Below are positions 1 to 9,270 of a DNA stretch of 64,000 bases, in pieces. Each line of letters starts with the position of its first letter. Positions within the stretch are counted from its first letter, which is position 1. This stretch comes from Patescibacteria group bacterium (GTDB lineage Bacteria > Krumholzibacteriota > Krumholzibacteriia > Krumholzibacteriales > Krumholzibacteriaceae), in the NCBI GenBank assembly GCA_035529435.1, contig DATKWS010000113.1, forward strand, positions 13,001 to 77,000, read 5' to 3'. The translations under genes were made by a program, and so were the position numbers. A model generated the notes under the pieces. That model was not told the origin of the DNA and ran no database searches. It saw only the letters and a list, made by a program, of their open reading frames with translations.

Positions 1-80
1 TGTTCGGCGCAAACGTGGTACGTATCGTATCCGGCGGGCTGTTCGTGCTGTTCGGCGTCCTGATACTCTTCGGCAAGTGA
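1..80 (+). CDS. 3' fragment of a membrane protein gene (start lies outside the window)
   Basis: Open frame from the window edge reads ...VRIVSGGLFVLFGVLILFGK and stops at TGA 78-80. The hydrophobic C-terminus is TM-like. No identification is possible. Confidence 0.25.
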   Translation, partial: FGANVVRIVSGGLFVLFGVLILFGK

Positions 81-127
81 ACGGACGCCCGTGCCGCAGT
101 TGCGTGGCGGGTGGACGGGGGGGTGAG

Positions 128-388
128 CTACTCCTCGATCACCTTGTACACCTTGTCGTGAGTCCTGACGCGTCCGCCCACCTTGATCCCGACATTCGTA
201 CCGGCACCGGCCTCTTCGACCGAGTCATGCTCGATCTGCAGCGACCCCACCGTTTCGACGAAATCGGTCGTGTGCCCGTGGAAATGGAGCTTGTCTCCGA
301 CCTTGATCCCCTCGGCGGTGATCTCGATCGCCACAACTCCTATCTTCGAGAAGTAATCGGCCACCCTTCCAACTTCGATCTCTTTCAT
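128..388 (-). CDS. small EF-Tu domain-II-like beta-barrel protein (stand-alone)
   Basis: The 86-aa ORF carries GTNVGIKV...GRV..HDKVY motifs reminiscent of translation-factor domain 2. This is a sequence-pattern inference only. Confidence 0.45.
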   Translation of the reverse strand: MKEIEVGRVADYFSKIGVVAIEITAEGIKVGDKLHFHGHTTDFVETVGSLQIEHDSVEEAGAGTNVGIKVGGRVRTHDKVYKVIEE

Positions 389-505
389 ATCCCGCTCCTT
401 TCAAGGTCAACAGGACCGGAAGTGAATGTATCGTGCGATGCGTCGACTGTAGAAGACCGGCATTATTTTGACAAGAGATTTCAGGTGGAACCATGCGGAC
501 CGGCG

Positions 506-2656
506 TCAGAACCGTATCACCGTTCCCCCGAGCCGTTCATACCGCGGATCGCAGCTGAACAGCAGTACCTGGTGCCGCTCGGAAAAGTCCCTCACCAGAT
601 CCCACGCCCGGTCCCTGCGATCGGGGTCGAAATGGACGAACGGATCGTCGAGAAGAACGGGCTGCGGGTCCCGGTCGCCGAGAAGCTCGACGACGGCCAG
701 GCGTACGGCGAAGTAGATCTGATCCCGCGTGCCCTGGCTCAGCATCTCCGGTGATACCCGCCCGGGGGCGCCGCCGGGATCATGTCCCGCGGGACCGCCG
801 CCCGCCGCCGGTGCCACCTCGATCCGGACGGTGACGGGATCAACGTACACCGTCCCGTACCGCCCGCCGGTGATGACGGAGAGGTAGCGGCCGGCCACGG
901 GAGGGAGCCGCCCGGCGAGGAGCCCGGCGACCGTGCCGCGGGCCTCATCGAGCGTATCGATGATACAATCGATGATCGCGGATCTGCGGCGGACACGTTC
1001 GAGCGCTTCCCGCGTGGAGGATAGGCGCTCCCGCGCGAGATTCACATCCCCGTGCGGAAGCGCCGCCAACTCGCGCTCCATCGATGCTATCCGCCCGTCG
1101 AGCTCGCGGGCCCGGCGTTCCGTGCGCTCGATCTCTTTTTCGAGGTTCAGCAGACCGGGTGCGTCGAGGCGAAACGGCTCCAGTGCCGTGAGCTTCTCGC
1201 GGGAGGCGTGCCATTGCGCCGAGAGCCTCATGAATTGATCGTTCAACGACTCGAGAATCGCCGCCTCATCTTCCCTCTCCCCCGGCGTCCCGGCGGACAC
1301 GGATCCGGCAACCTCTTGCGCCGCACGGGGCGCGCCGTCACGTCCCCGCGCCGTTTCCTGGAGGCGGATTTCGGCCTCATGCGACTCATGCCGCCATGCA
1401 CGGAATGCATGCAGCAGCTCGCGTGATCGATCCAGCGGGCGATCCCCGGCCCACACGAGCCTCTCACGCCCGAGCCGATCGAGCTCCTGCCGGTGCTCCG
1501 CACGTACGCCGGCGTCGCTTCCACCCCCCCGCCGGGCGAGCGCCCACACGACGAGCACGACACCGAGCGCCACCGCCGCGGCGAACGCGATTCCCCGAAG
1601 CGCCCATCCGGCGATCCCCCCCGCGATGAGCACCGCGCCGGCGATCAATACCGCACGGGACGGGCGCGCCGCGGGCTGCGCGACGCGAATATCGATCTCC
1701 CTCCGGAGGATGTCTTCCCGCTCGAGATCACGCTGCATCCTCTCCAGCGCCGGCTCGTCGCACCCCAGAAGAAACGGCGGGAATCCGCTCCCCCGTTCAC
1801 GCAGACGTTCCTGCTCCGCACGCAACTCCTCCATACGCGCCCTGCGCTGCTGCAGCCCGCGCATACGATCCTCCGTCTCCGCGACCGTTCGATGCAGCGC
1901 CGCGTACTCCCCGGCACGTTCCTGCTGTTTTTTCAGGAGCTCCAGCCCGATCCGTTCCCGTTCCCGGCGCGCGTCGGAGAGCGTTCGGAGCAGTGCCGCC
2001 CGGCGCTCCTCGACCGATTGCGCCTCCTGCAGTTCCACCCCGTATGCCTTCACCTCCTCCGTGTACCGCTTGAGCGGTCCCCAGTTCTCGCGATTGGCGG
2101 GCCGGTCGAGCCCCCGGCGGAGTTCCGCCCGCAGGTCCTCGATCTCCCGCCTGGCCTGCGCCGGGCCCACCCTGCCCCATCCACCGCTGAGGATCTCCTC
2201 GAGACGCTCGCCGAGATCGGTCCGCCCATCGGCGACCCGCGCCATCTCTTCCTGCCGGATCCCGCATACCCGAACGAACAGCTGCTCGTCCGGCACGACG
2301 AGCGCATCCGCGAGGTAGCGATCCACGTCACGCCCGCTTCTGAAATGGTCCGTCTCATCGCCGCGGTAGAGGTACTGCCTGTGTTCGTTGAAATCGCGGA
2401 CGACGCGGATCCGTTCACCGCCGACTTCGATCCGGAGCTCTATCCGGGGTTGCGCCTCGCTCCCCCAGTGACGCATGGCGAGCAGATCCCGCTTTTTCGA
2501 GGAGGCGTCCTGGTACAGGCCGGCGATCATGGCGCGCATCATGCTGCTCTTTCCCCCCTCGTTGGGGGCGATGATCACGTTCAAGCCCGGATCGAGCGCG
2601 ATATCGGCCTTTGCGAAGGCGAGGAAATTCCGTATGCCTATGCTGATGATACGCAT
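506..2656 (-). CDS. SMC/SbcC-like ABC-type ATPase with long coiled coil and a central transmembrane hairpin (YhaN/SbcE-like)
   Basis: N-terminal P-loop NEGGKSS. Long Arg/Glu-rich coiled-coil regions. Hydrophobic segment AVLIAGAVLIAGGIAGWAL...VALGVVLVVWALA in mid-protein. C-terminal D-loop/Walker B region LLDDPFVHFD. Lies immediately downstream of a Mre11/SbcD-like phosphoesterase gene. Confidence 0.75.
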   Translation of the reverse strand: MRIISIGIRNFLAFAKADIALDPGLNVIIAPNEGGKSSMMRAMIAGLYQDASSKKRDLLAMRHWGSEAQPRIELRIEVGGERIRVVRDFNEHRQYLYRGDETDHFRSGRDVDRYLADALVVPDEQLFVRVCGIRQEEMARVADGRTDLGERLEEILSGGWGRVGPAQARREIEDLRAELRRGLDRPANRENWGPLKRYTEEVKAYGVELQEAQSVEERRAALLRTLSDARRERERIGLELLKKQQERAGEYAALHRTVAETEDRMRGLQQRRARMEELRAEQERLRERGSGFPPFLLGCDEPALERMQRDLEREDILRREIDIRVAQPAARPSRAVLIAGAVLIAGGIAGWALRGIAFAAAVALGVVLVVWALARRGGGSDAGVRAEHRQELDRLGRERLVWAGDRPLDRSRELLHAFRAWRHESHEAEIRLQETARGRDGAPRAAQEVAGSVSAGTPGEREDEAAILESLNDQFMRLSAQWHASREKLTALEPFRLDAPGLLNLEKEIERTERRARELDGRIASMERELAALPHGDVNLARERLSSTREALERVRRRSAIIDCIIDTLDEARGTVAGLLAGRLPPVAGRYLSVITGGRYGTVYVDPVTVRIEVAPAAGGGPAGHDPGGAPGRVSPEMLSQGTRDQIYFAVRLAVVELLGDRDPQPVLLDDPFVHFDPDRRDRAWDLVRDFSERHQVLLFSCDPRYERLGGTVIRF

Positions 2657-2671
2657 CTGTTCACCTATCCG

Positions 2672-3820
2672 TCACCGCAGAAGATTTCGTCCCTGAAAGA
2701 GCTGATACCCGATCTGAAGCGCCTCCTCGAGACACCGGCGTTCATCCCCCTCCGCCCGATCGATGCGCTCGAGGAGAAGGCGCACGAAGCTTCCCGCCAC
2801 GGTCCCCTCGGGGACGGCGAGGATCACATCGCGCGAAATCTCCCGTGCGTGCACCTCGCCGGTAAACCGCACCGAGAAGTACCGCTCGACCAGCATCTCG
2901 AGGGCCAGCTCGGGATCGATCACCGCCCCCCCTTCGAGCACTCCCGACGGTGCGACATCGAGAACGAGATCGCTATCGGCGGCAGCCCGCTCCAGAATGC
3001 GGGCAACGAGCTGCTCGGTGCTCCCGATTCCCGTGCAATCGATCGTGACGGCCTCGATGTGCCTCCGTCCGACCGCGATACGTTCGATCGACGCCGCTTC
3101 CCCCGAAAAAGTGACGGATACCACCGAGCCGGCGCCGGTCTGGTCCCGCGCGATCAGCTCCGGGGAACCGCTGTACACCACCGGCGGCCCGGCGGCCCTC
3201 ACGACGTTGTACGAATGCCAGTGCCCCAGCGCGGCGTAATCGAAGCCGGGCGGCAGCTCGTCGAGCCTGATCGGATTCTCCCGTGGATCGTGATCGGCCG
3301 ATGCCCCCGCCACCGAGCCGTGGGCCATCGCGACATTCCACCGCATCTCCCGTTCGGGGACGAGTCCGGCGACGAGATTCGCCGCTTCATGCGGCGATGT
3401 GAGGGGATTGCCGTGCACGGCAAGCGAGAGGTCGGGAAAGGTGACGACCCGGCGCTCCGGTGTAAGAATCGAGACGTTGCCGGCGCCCTCGAATCGATCC
3501 CGCTCACGTTCGTAGACACTCCCCGGCGCCCAGTAGTCGTGGCTCCCCGGAAGTATCACCACCCGGCACGCCGGTCCGGCGGCCGCGAGACACCGGATGG
3601 CAAAGGCCACGTCGCGCTCCGGAACCGCATAGGCGTCGTCGAACAGGTCGCCGGCGACGAGCAGTACCCCGTATCCATTCTCTCCCGCGATCCGTGTGAC
3701 GCGTTCGAAGGTCTCCCGCACGGTGCGCCGCTGCTCCGCCCCCCTCTCCCCGAGAAATTCGAACGGCGCGCCTATATGCACATCACCGGTATGAAGTATG
3801 CGAATCGAATCCATAAGCAA
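2672..3820 (-). CDS. Mre11/SbcD-like calcineurin-type metallophosphoesterase (DNA repair exonuclease family, YhaO-like)
   Basis: N-terminal ILHTGDVHIG metallophosphoesterase motif I, then GDLFD and GNHD-like (GSHDYW) motifs. Operon partner of the SMC-like ATPase. Confidence 0.75.
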   Translation of the reverse strand: MLMDSIRILHTGDVHIGAPFEFLGERGAEQRRTVRETFERVTRIAGENGYGVLLVAGDLFDDAYAVPERDVAFAIRCLAAAGPACRVVILPGSHDYWAPGSVYERERDRFEGAGNVSILTPERRVVTFPDLSLAVHGNPLTSPHEAANLVAGLVPEREMRWNVAMAHGSVAGASADHDPRENPIRLDELPPGFDYAALGHWHSYNVVRAAGPPVVYSGSPELIARDQTGAGSVVSVTFSGEAASIERIAVGRRHIEAVTIDCTGIGSTEQLVARILERAAADSDLVLDVAPSGVLEGGAVIDPELALEMLVERYFSVRFTGEVHAREISRDVILAVPEGTVAGSFVRLLLERIDRAEGDERRCLEEALQIGYQLFQGRNLLR

Positions 3821-3853
3821 ATCCTCGTCGCCCCTCGGCGGTGCGAGCCGGCT

Positions 3854-4660
3854 CTATGACGCGGCGGTACGCCCGGCCCGCTCAAGCCGCATCCGCTCGA
3901 ACAGGGCACCGATGTAATCCCGCCCCTCCACCGCGCGCTCGGGATCGACCTCCAGCTCGAGAATCGGCGGCCGGCGACACTCGAGCAGGAGATTCACCAG
4001 TGTTTCGAAATCCACCGTGCCCCGCCCCGGCGGAAGATGATCGTCGGAGAGGCCGTCATTATCGTGCAGGTGGATCGCCGCGATATCATCCCCGAGGCTG
4101 CGCCACCACCGCCGCACCGCGAGCTGCGAGTAGACGTTCGTGTGTCCCGTATCGAGACAGAACGCGACGGCGCCGGGATCCGGCAGAAGATTCCTCAGGT
4201 GATGGAGTACCTCGGGACGATCGTCCCAGGTATTCTCGAGAGCGATCTGCACGCCCCGGGCCCGCGCATTCTCGACGAGGCGCGGCATCCTGCGGCTCCA
4301 GTTGCCGAACCAGTACCGGCGACCGATACGTGAGTACTGCGGGAGGTACCCGGTATGCATCACCATCAGCGCTCCGCCGAGTGCGGCCGTCACCTCGATC
4401 GCCCGCTCGAGGCAGCGAATCGAGTACCGTGAAATGCCCTCGTCGATACTCGCCACATCGAGACCGAAGAAGGGAGCATGCGAATATATGCGGAATCCCC
4501 TCGTATCGAGCAGGCGTTTCAAACGATTGCAGTCCGAATCGGTGAGACCCATGAGAAAGTCCGTATCGGCCATCCTGACATCAGGTATGAATCCGTCACG
4601 CGATACGAGCTCCATTCTCTCCTCGAGGCTCTCGAACGGTACGCTGACGTAAAACTCCAT
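3854..4660 (-). CDS. sugar phosphate isomerase/epimerase (xylose isomerase-like TIM barrel)
   Basis: 268 aa. Pattern ...ALGGALMVMHTGY...IALEN...HLHDNDG... is typical of the AP endonuclease 2 / xylose isomerase-like fold. Confidence 0.65.
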   Translation of the reverse strand: MEFYVSVPFESLEERMELVSRDGFIPDVRMADTDFLMGLTDSDCNRLKRLLDTRGFRIYSHAPFFGLDVASIDEGISRYSIRCLERAIEVTAALGGALMVMHTGYLPQYSRIGRRYWFGNWSRRMPRLVENARARGVQIALENTWDDRPEVLHHLRNLLPDPGAVAFCLDTGHTNVYSQLAVRRWWRSLGDDIAAIHLHDNDGLSDDHLPPGRGTVDFETLVNLLLECRRPPILELEVDPERAVEGRDYIGALFERMRLERAGRTAAS

Positions 4661-4780
4661 GGCGATCCGGCCATCTTATGGTTTAAAATCGAACACGCGC
4701 ATGCGTACCGCATACGCTGCGGCTGGCGCACGTCCGCCCGTGATCGCACCACACACGCTCGGACCGGCGCACACTCACCC

Positions 4781-4809
4781 TTGACCGCACCGGTAAAGAT
4801 TTATATGCT
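4781..4809 (+). promoter_or_regulatory. sigma70-like promoter candidate for ftcD (TTGACC-N17-TATGCT)
   Basis: TTGACC at 4781-4786, a 17-nt spacer, then TATGCT at 4804-4809. AAGGAG RBS lies about 12 nt before the ATG at 4857. Confidence 0.3.
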
Positions 4810-4856
4810 TCATGCATAGTGCCAGAATTCGACGTCCAAGACAAGGAGTGTTGCGA

Positions 4857-6536
4857 ATGATGAAACTGGTTGAATGCGTCCCCAACTTCAGCGAGGGCCG
4901 CGACACGGCCAAGATCGACCAGATCACGGCCGAGATCGACGCAACCGAGGGCGTCAAGCTGCTCGACGTCGACCCGGGAAAGGACACGAACAGGACGGTT
5001 GTCACCTTTATCGGCACGCCGGACGCCGCCGTGGAAGCCGCATTCAAGGCGATCGCAAAGGCGGCGACGGTCCTCGACATGGCCAGGCACACCGGGGCGC
5101 ACGCACGCATGGGCGCCACCGACGTGTGCCCGTTCGTTCCCGTGGCCGGCGTCACGATGGAAGACTGCGCCGAACTGGCGCGAAAACTGGGCCGGCGCGT
5201 CGGTGAAGAGCTGGGCATCCCGGTCTACCTGTACGAGGAGGCCGCCTCACGCCCGGAACGGAGGAACCTCGCAACGGTGCGTGCGGGCGAGTACGAGGGG
5301 CTCGCCGAACGGTTGAAGGATCCCGAATGGAAGCCCGACTTCGGGCCGGCCACGTTCAATGCGAAAACAGGGGCGACGGCGATCGGCGCGCGCGAGTTCC
5401 TGATCGCGTACAATATCAATCTCAATACGAGGGACCAGGCCGTGGCCCGCGAGATCGCATTCGCCATCCGCGAGAAGGGACGGCTGAAACGTGACGCTTC
5501 GGGGGCGCTGGTGCGCGATGAGAAAGGCAAAAACCTGCGGCAACCGGGTATGTTCAAGGCCTGCAAGGCGGTCGGGTGGTACATGGAGGACTTCGGGCGG
5601 GCCCAGATATCGATCAACCTCGTCAATTACAAGATCACGCCGCCGCACACCGTCTTCGACGAATCGTGCAGGATAGCCACCGAGCTGGGCGCCCGCGTGA
5701 CGGGGAGCGAGCTGGTCGGACTGATCCCGCTCGAGGCGATGCTCCAGGCGGGCAGGCATTACCTGAAAAAACTCGGCAAGACAACGGGCGTGCCGGAATC
5801 CGAGCTGATTCACACGGCGGTTCTCTCGCTCGGTCTCAACGATCTCCACCCGTTCGAGCCGGACAGGAAAATCATCGAGTACCAGTTCCGTGTGCAGCCC
5901 GCACTCGCGGGTATGACGGTGAACGCGTTCGCCGATATCCTCTCGACCGACGCCCCGGCCCCCGGGGGCGGCAGCGTTTCGGCACTCTGCGGCGCGCTGA
6001 GCGGCGCGCTGTCGGCGATGGTCGCGGCCCTCACGCACGGAAAGACGGGGTACGAGAAAAGCTTCGACGAGATGGAGCGGATCGGGATCGAGGGACAGCG
6101 CCTCAAGGACGAATTCCTCGCCGACGTCGACCGTGACACCGATGCGTTCAACCGGGTGATGGATGCGATGCGTCTCCCGAAAAAGACCGACGAGGAACAG
6201 GCGGCGAGGGCCGCGGCGATCGAGGAGGCCACGAGGGAAGCCACCCTGGTGCCATTCGGCGTCCTCAGGCGCACCCGTGAGGCGGCGGAGCTCGCCCGCG
6301 CCGTCGCCGAGTCGGGCAACAGGAACTCGGTGAGCGATGCGGGGGTGGCGGCCTTGAACGCGCGGGCCGCGGCCGAGGGCGCGTATCTCAATGTCAAGAT
6401 CAACCTGCCCGGAATCGGGGATAAAAAATTGAGGAGCGATACCCTCTCGGAGGCAGGGACGATCCGCGCCGAGGTCGTCGCGCACACAGATGAAACGATG
6501 CGCATCGTCGAGCGCACGCTGAACGAACGGAAATAG
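4857..6536 (+). CDS. ftcD: formimidoyltransferase-cyclodeaminase (glutamate formimidoyltransferase + formiminotetrahydrofolate cyclodeaminase)
   Basis: N-terminus MKLVECVPNFSEGR is the hallmark of the formiminotransferase domain. C-terminal half carries the cyclodeaminase GGGSVSALCGALSGAL motif. Start moved to the ATG at 4857, downstream of the track start, because an RBS precedes it. Confidence 0.85.
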   Translation: MMKLVECVPNFSEGRDTAKIDQITAEIDATEGVKLLDVDPGKDTNRTVVTFIGTPDAAVEAAFKAIAKAATVLDMARHTGAHARMGATDVCPFVPVAGVTMEDCAELARKLGRRVGEELGIPVYLYEEAASRPERRNLATVRAGEYEGLAERLKDPEWKPDFGPATFNAKTGATAIGAREFLIAYNINLNTRDQAVAREIAFAIREKGRLKRDASGALVRDEKGKNLRQPGMFKACKAVGWYMEDFGRAQISINLVNYKITPPHTVFDESCRIATELGARVTGSELVGLIPLEAMLQAGRHYLKKLGKTTGVPESELIHTAVLSLGLNDLHPFEPDRKIIEYQFRVQPALAGMTVNAFADILSTDAPAPGGGSVSALCGALSGALSAMVAALTHGKTGYEKSFDEMERIGIEGQRLKDEFLADVDRDTDAFNRVMDAMRLPKKTDEEQAARAAAIEEATREATLVPFGVLRRTREAAELARAVAESGNRNSVSDAGVAALNARAAAEGAYLNVKINLPGIGDKKLRSDTLSEAGTIRAEVVAHTDETMRIVERTLNERK

Positions 6537-6608
6537 CACCACCATGAATGAAACGCCGGGCGCCCGCGGTCGTGCGGCCCGCGGGAAAGTCCGGATGAGG
6601 AGCATGCG

Positions 6609-7883
6609 GTGATCAATCTCGATACGGGAAATATAAATAACTTCCTGCGGGAAGAAGAGCTCGCGGGGATTATGTCGAAAGCCCTCTCGGGTCTCGGATC
6701 GTTGAACCGCCGGGAAGGCGCCGGTTCGGACATGCTCGGCTGGATCGATCTTCCCCGGACACCGCAGCGCGAGCTCGAAGCGATCAACGATGCCGCCAAG
6801 CGCATACAGGACGAGAACGATTGTCTCGTCGTCGTCGGGATAGGGGGTTCGTACCTCGGCGCCCGCGCCGCGATCGAGGCCCTGCGCCGGGATGCACCCT
6901 TTCCGGTACTGTTCGCGGGCAACAATATCTCGCCGGAGTACCATGACCATCTGCTCGCCGCCCTCGAAAACAAGCGGTTCGCGCTCTGCGTGATCTCGAA
7001 GTCGGGAACCACCACCGAACCCGCAATCGCCTTCCGCATTCTGAGGAAACGATTGATAGAGCAATTCGGCCGGGAAGCTTTGGCGAAACGGGTCTTCGCA
7101 GTCACGGATCCCGCGGGCGGCGCGCTGCGTGCCATGGCGGAGACGATGCGGTTCACGAGCTTCGCGATTCCACCCGATGTGGGCGGGCGGTACAGCGTCC
7201 TCTCCCCCGTCGGGCTCCTCCCGATCGCGGTGTCCGGGATCAACATCATGGAGATGATGACCGGCGCGTCTTCGGCGTTGAACCTCTATACGCGCGAAAA
7301 AAGCGGCAACACGGCCCTCCGGTATGCCGCGCGGCGCATTCTCCTGCACGAGAAGGGAATCCAGATCGAGGTCCTCTCGACATTTCACCCCGAGCTCGCG
7401 TTCCTCTGCGAGTGGTGGAAGCAGCTCACCGGCGAATCGGAAGGTAAGGCCGGGAAGGGGCTCTTCCCCGCCTCGACCGTCATGACCACCGACCTCCACT
7501 CGATCGGACAGTACCTGCAGGAGGGAAACAGCCGCCTCCTCGAGACGTTCCTCACCGCCCTGCAACCCCGGAGCGATCTCGTCGTTTCTCCCGACGAGGA
7601 GGATCTCGACGGCCTCAATTTCCTGGCGGGAAAAAACCTCGGCGAGATCAACCAGAAGGCGTTCCAGGGGACGTTCGAGGCACACGCGGCGGGAGGGCGG
7701 CCCGTCATGGCGATCGAGATGCCGTCAGTTACCGCGGGGAGCATCGGACATCTCTTCATTTTCTTCGAGGTCGCCGTGGCCGTATCGGGACGCCTCCTCG
7801 GGATCAACCCGTTCGACCAGCCGGGGGTCGAGGAGTACAAGACGCGCATGTTCAGGCTGCTCGGCAAGCCGGGAGTGTCGTGA
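6609..7883 (+). CDS. pgi: glucose-6-phosphate isomerase
   Basis: VVVGIGGSYLGARA and ISKSGTTTEP motifs of the PGI SIS domains. About 424 aa. Confidence 0.85.
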   Translation: MINLDTGNINNFLREEELAGIMSKALSGLGSLNRREGAGSDMLGWIDLPRTPQRELEAINDAAKRIQDENDCLVVVGIGGSYLGARAAIEALRRDAPFPVLFAGNNISPEYHDHLLAALENKRFALCVISKSGTTTEPAIAFRILRKRLIEQFGREALAKRVFAVTDPAGGALRAMAETMRFTSFAIPPDVGGRYSVLSPVGLLPIAVSGINIMEMMTGASSALNLYTREKSGNTALRYAARRILLHEKGIQIEVLSTFHPELAFLCEWWKQLTGESEGKAGKGLFPASTVMTTDLHSIGQYLQEGNSRLLETFLTALQPRSDLVVSPDEEDLDGLNFLAGKNLGEINQKAFQGTFEAHAAGGRPVMAIEMPSVTAGSIGHLFIFFEVAVAVSGRLLGINPFDQPGVEEYKTRMFRLLGKPGVS

Positions 7884-8929
7884 TGCACGGGCGAGTCCCC
7901 GGCGGGCTGAAATCATTCGTCACCGTGCTGCTCGCGCTGCCGCTCGCACTCCTGTATGGCTGTGAATCCCAGGCCCCTTACACGGCCGACACATTCGTCA
8001 TGGGAACGCAGGCCTGGGTGACACTGTACGGCTACGGCGAAAAGGAGGCGGAACCGATCGCCGCGGAAGCGCTCCGCGAACTGCACCGCATCGAGGCGGT
8101 CATGAGCACGTGGCGCCCGGCGAGCGAGATCTCACGCCTGAACGGCGCCGCCGACGGCACGATGCGGACCGTTTCACGCGAGCTCTTCACCGTGGTCGAC
8201 AGCGCCTTCTACTATGCCGCCGTGACCGGCGGCGCCTTCGACATCACGGCACGGCCGCTCGTCAGACTCTGGGGATTTCAGGGAGGCGAGCCGCGGCTCC
8301 CGTCCGAGGACGAGATCGCCGGCGCCCTCGAGCGGGTCGGGTACGGGCGCGTTGCGCTCGATGCTTCGATGCCCGGCATCGCGCTCCCCGCAGGAATGGA
8401 GCTCGACCTCGCCGGTATCGCCAAGGGATACGCCGTCGACCGGTGCGTGGCGCTGCTCGCCGAGCGCGGCGTCACGAGCGCGCTCGTCAATCTCGGCGGC
8501 AACATATACGCGCTCGGCGCGCCGCCGGGAAAGCGCGGATGGACGATCGGCATACGCGATCCCCATGGGGGGCTGAGCACCGTCGGCGCCCTCACGCTGA
8601 AGGATGCGGCCGTGGCGACCTCGGGAAACTACGAGAACTTCGTCGAGATCGAGGGAGCACGCTACGGTCATATCATCGATCCGCACACGGGACGAACCGT
8701 CGATCACGTTCTCAGCGTAACGGTCGTCGCCCCGACCGCACTGGCCTCCGACGCCCTCTCGACCGGCCTGTTCGTCCTCGGGGGCGGGCGGGGAAGCGAT
8801 CTCGTCCGGCGGCTGTCGGGCGTCAGGGCCCTCTTCGCCGAGCCGGCGGACGGACGGATCATGTACCGTACGGCAGGTGATTTCGGCGACGCGCTCGAGC
8901 TCGATGGAGAGATCGTCCAGGCACAGTAA
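7880..8929 (+). CDS. apbE: FAD:protein FMN transferase (ApbE family lipoprotein)
   Basis: Signal peptide with lipobox (LLYGC). The motifs GGAFDITARPLV, DLAGIAKGYAVD and ALVNLGGNI are ApbE hallmarks. Start codon overlaps the pgi stop. Confidence 0.8.
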   Translation: MMHGRVPGGLKSFVTVLLALPLALLYGCESQAPYTADTFVMGTQAWVTLYGYGEKEAEPIAAEALRELHRIEAVMSTWRPASEISRLNGAADGTMRTVSRELFTVVDSAFYYAAVTGGAFDITARPLVRLWGFQGGEPRLPSEDEIAGALERVGYGRVALDASMPGIALPAGMELDLAGIAKGYAVDRCVALLAERGVTSALVNLGGNIYALGAPPGKRGWTIGIRDPHGGLSTVGALTLKDAAVATSGNYENFVEIEGARYGHIIDPHTGRTVDHVLSVTVVAPTALASDALSTGLFVLGGGRGSDLVRRLSGVRALFAEPADGRIMYRTAGDFGDALELDGEIVQAQ

Positions 8930-9270
8930 GTCACGCACCACTCGCTGTTCGAATGAGATGGCCGCGTATGGTTTTCACACCGTGGCTCGATTCGGCGCGG
9001 CATTCAAACGGCGGGCACACGGCATGCCGTATAATTTTATATATATTTTTCTTGACCGGTATTTCGGGGCCTTCTCCGGTGAAGCGCCGGCCTCATCTTT
9101 CAGGGCATCCCGAAGCCCTTCGCGGCCTCACGGCACGCCGATAACCGGCACCCCCGGTAATTTTATCAAAATGTGCCGCGTTTGAGCGTTCAGTGCGATC
9201 GTGCGCCGCGTAAATATCGCATGGTATACTGGAGGCGGTTGCACGATGGGGGGATGACGGGAGGTGTGAG

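Noticed and set aside
77-754. 225-aa plus-strand ORF overlapping the small EF-Tu-like gene and the 3' end of the ATPase
   Set aside because: No motifs, overlaps better-supported minus-strand genes, and has typical antisense composition.
1493-3859. 788-aa plus-strand ORF opposite the SbcC/SbcD-like genes
   Set aside because: An antisense artefact. The minus-strand products have P-loop and phosphoesterase motifs, and this one has none.
5247-7685. 812-aa ORF on the minus strand spanning ftcD and pgi
   Set aside because: It lies antisense to two genes with unmistakable conserved motifs. It is Arg/Gly/Pro-rich with no recognisable domains, which is typical of a high-GC antisense open frame.
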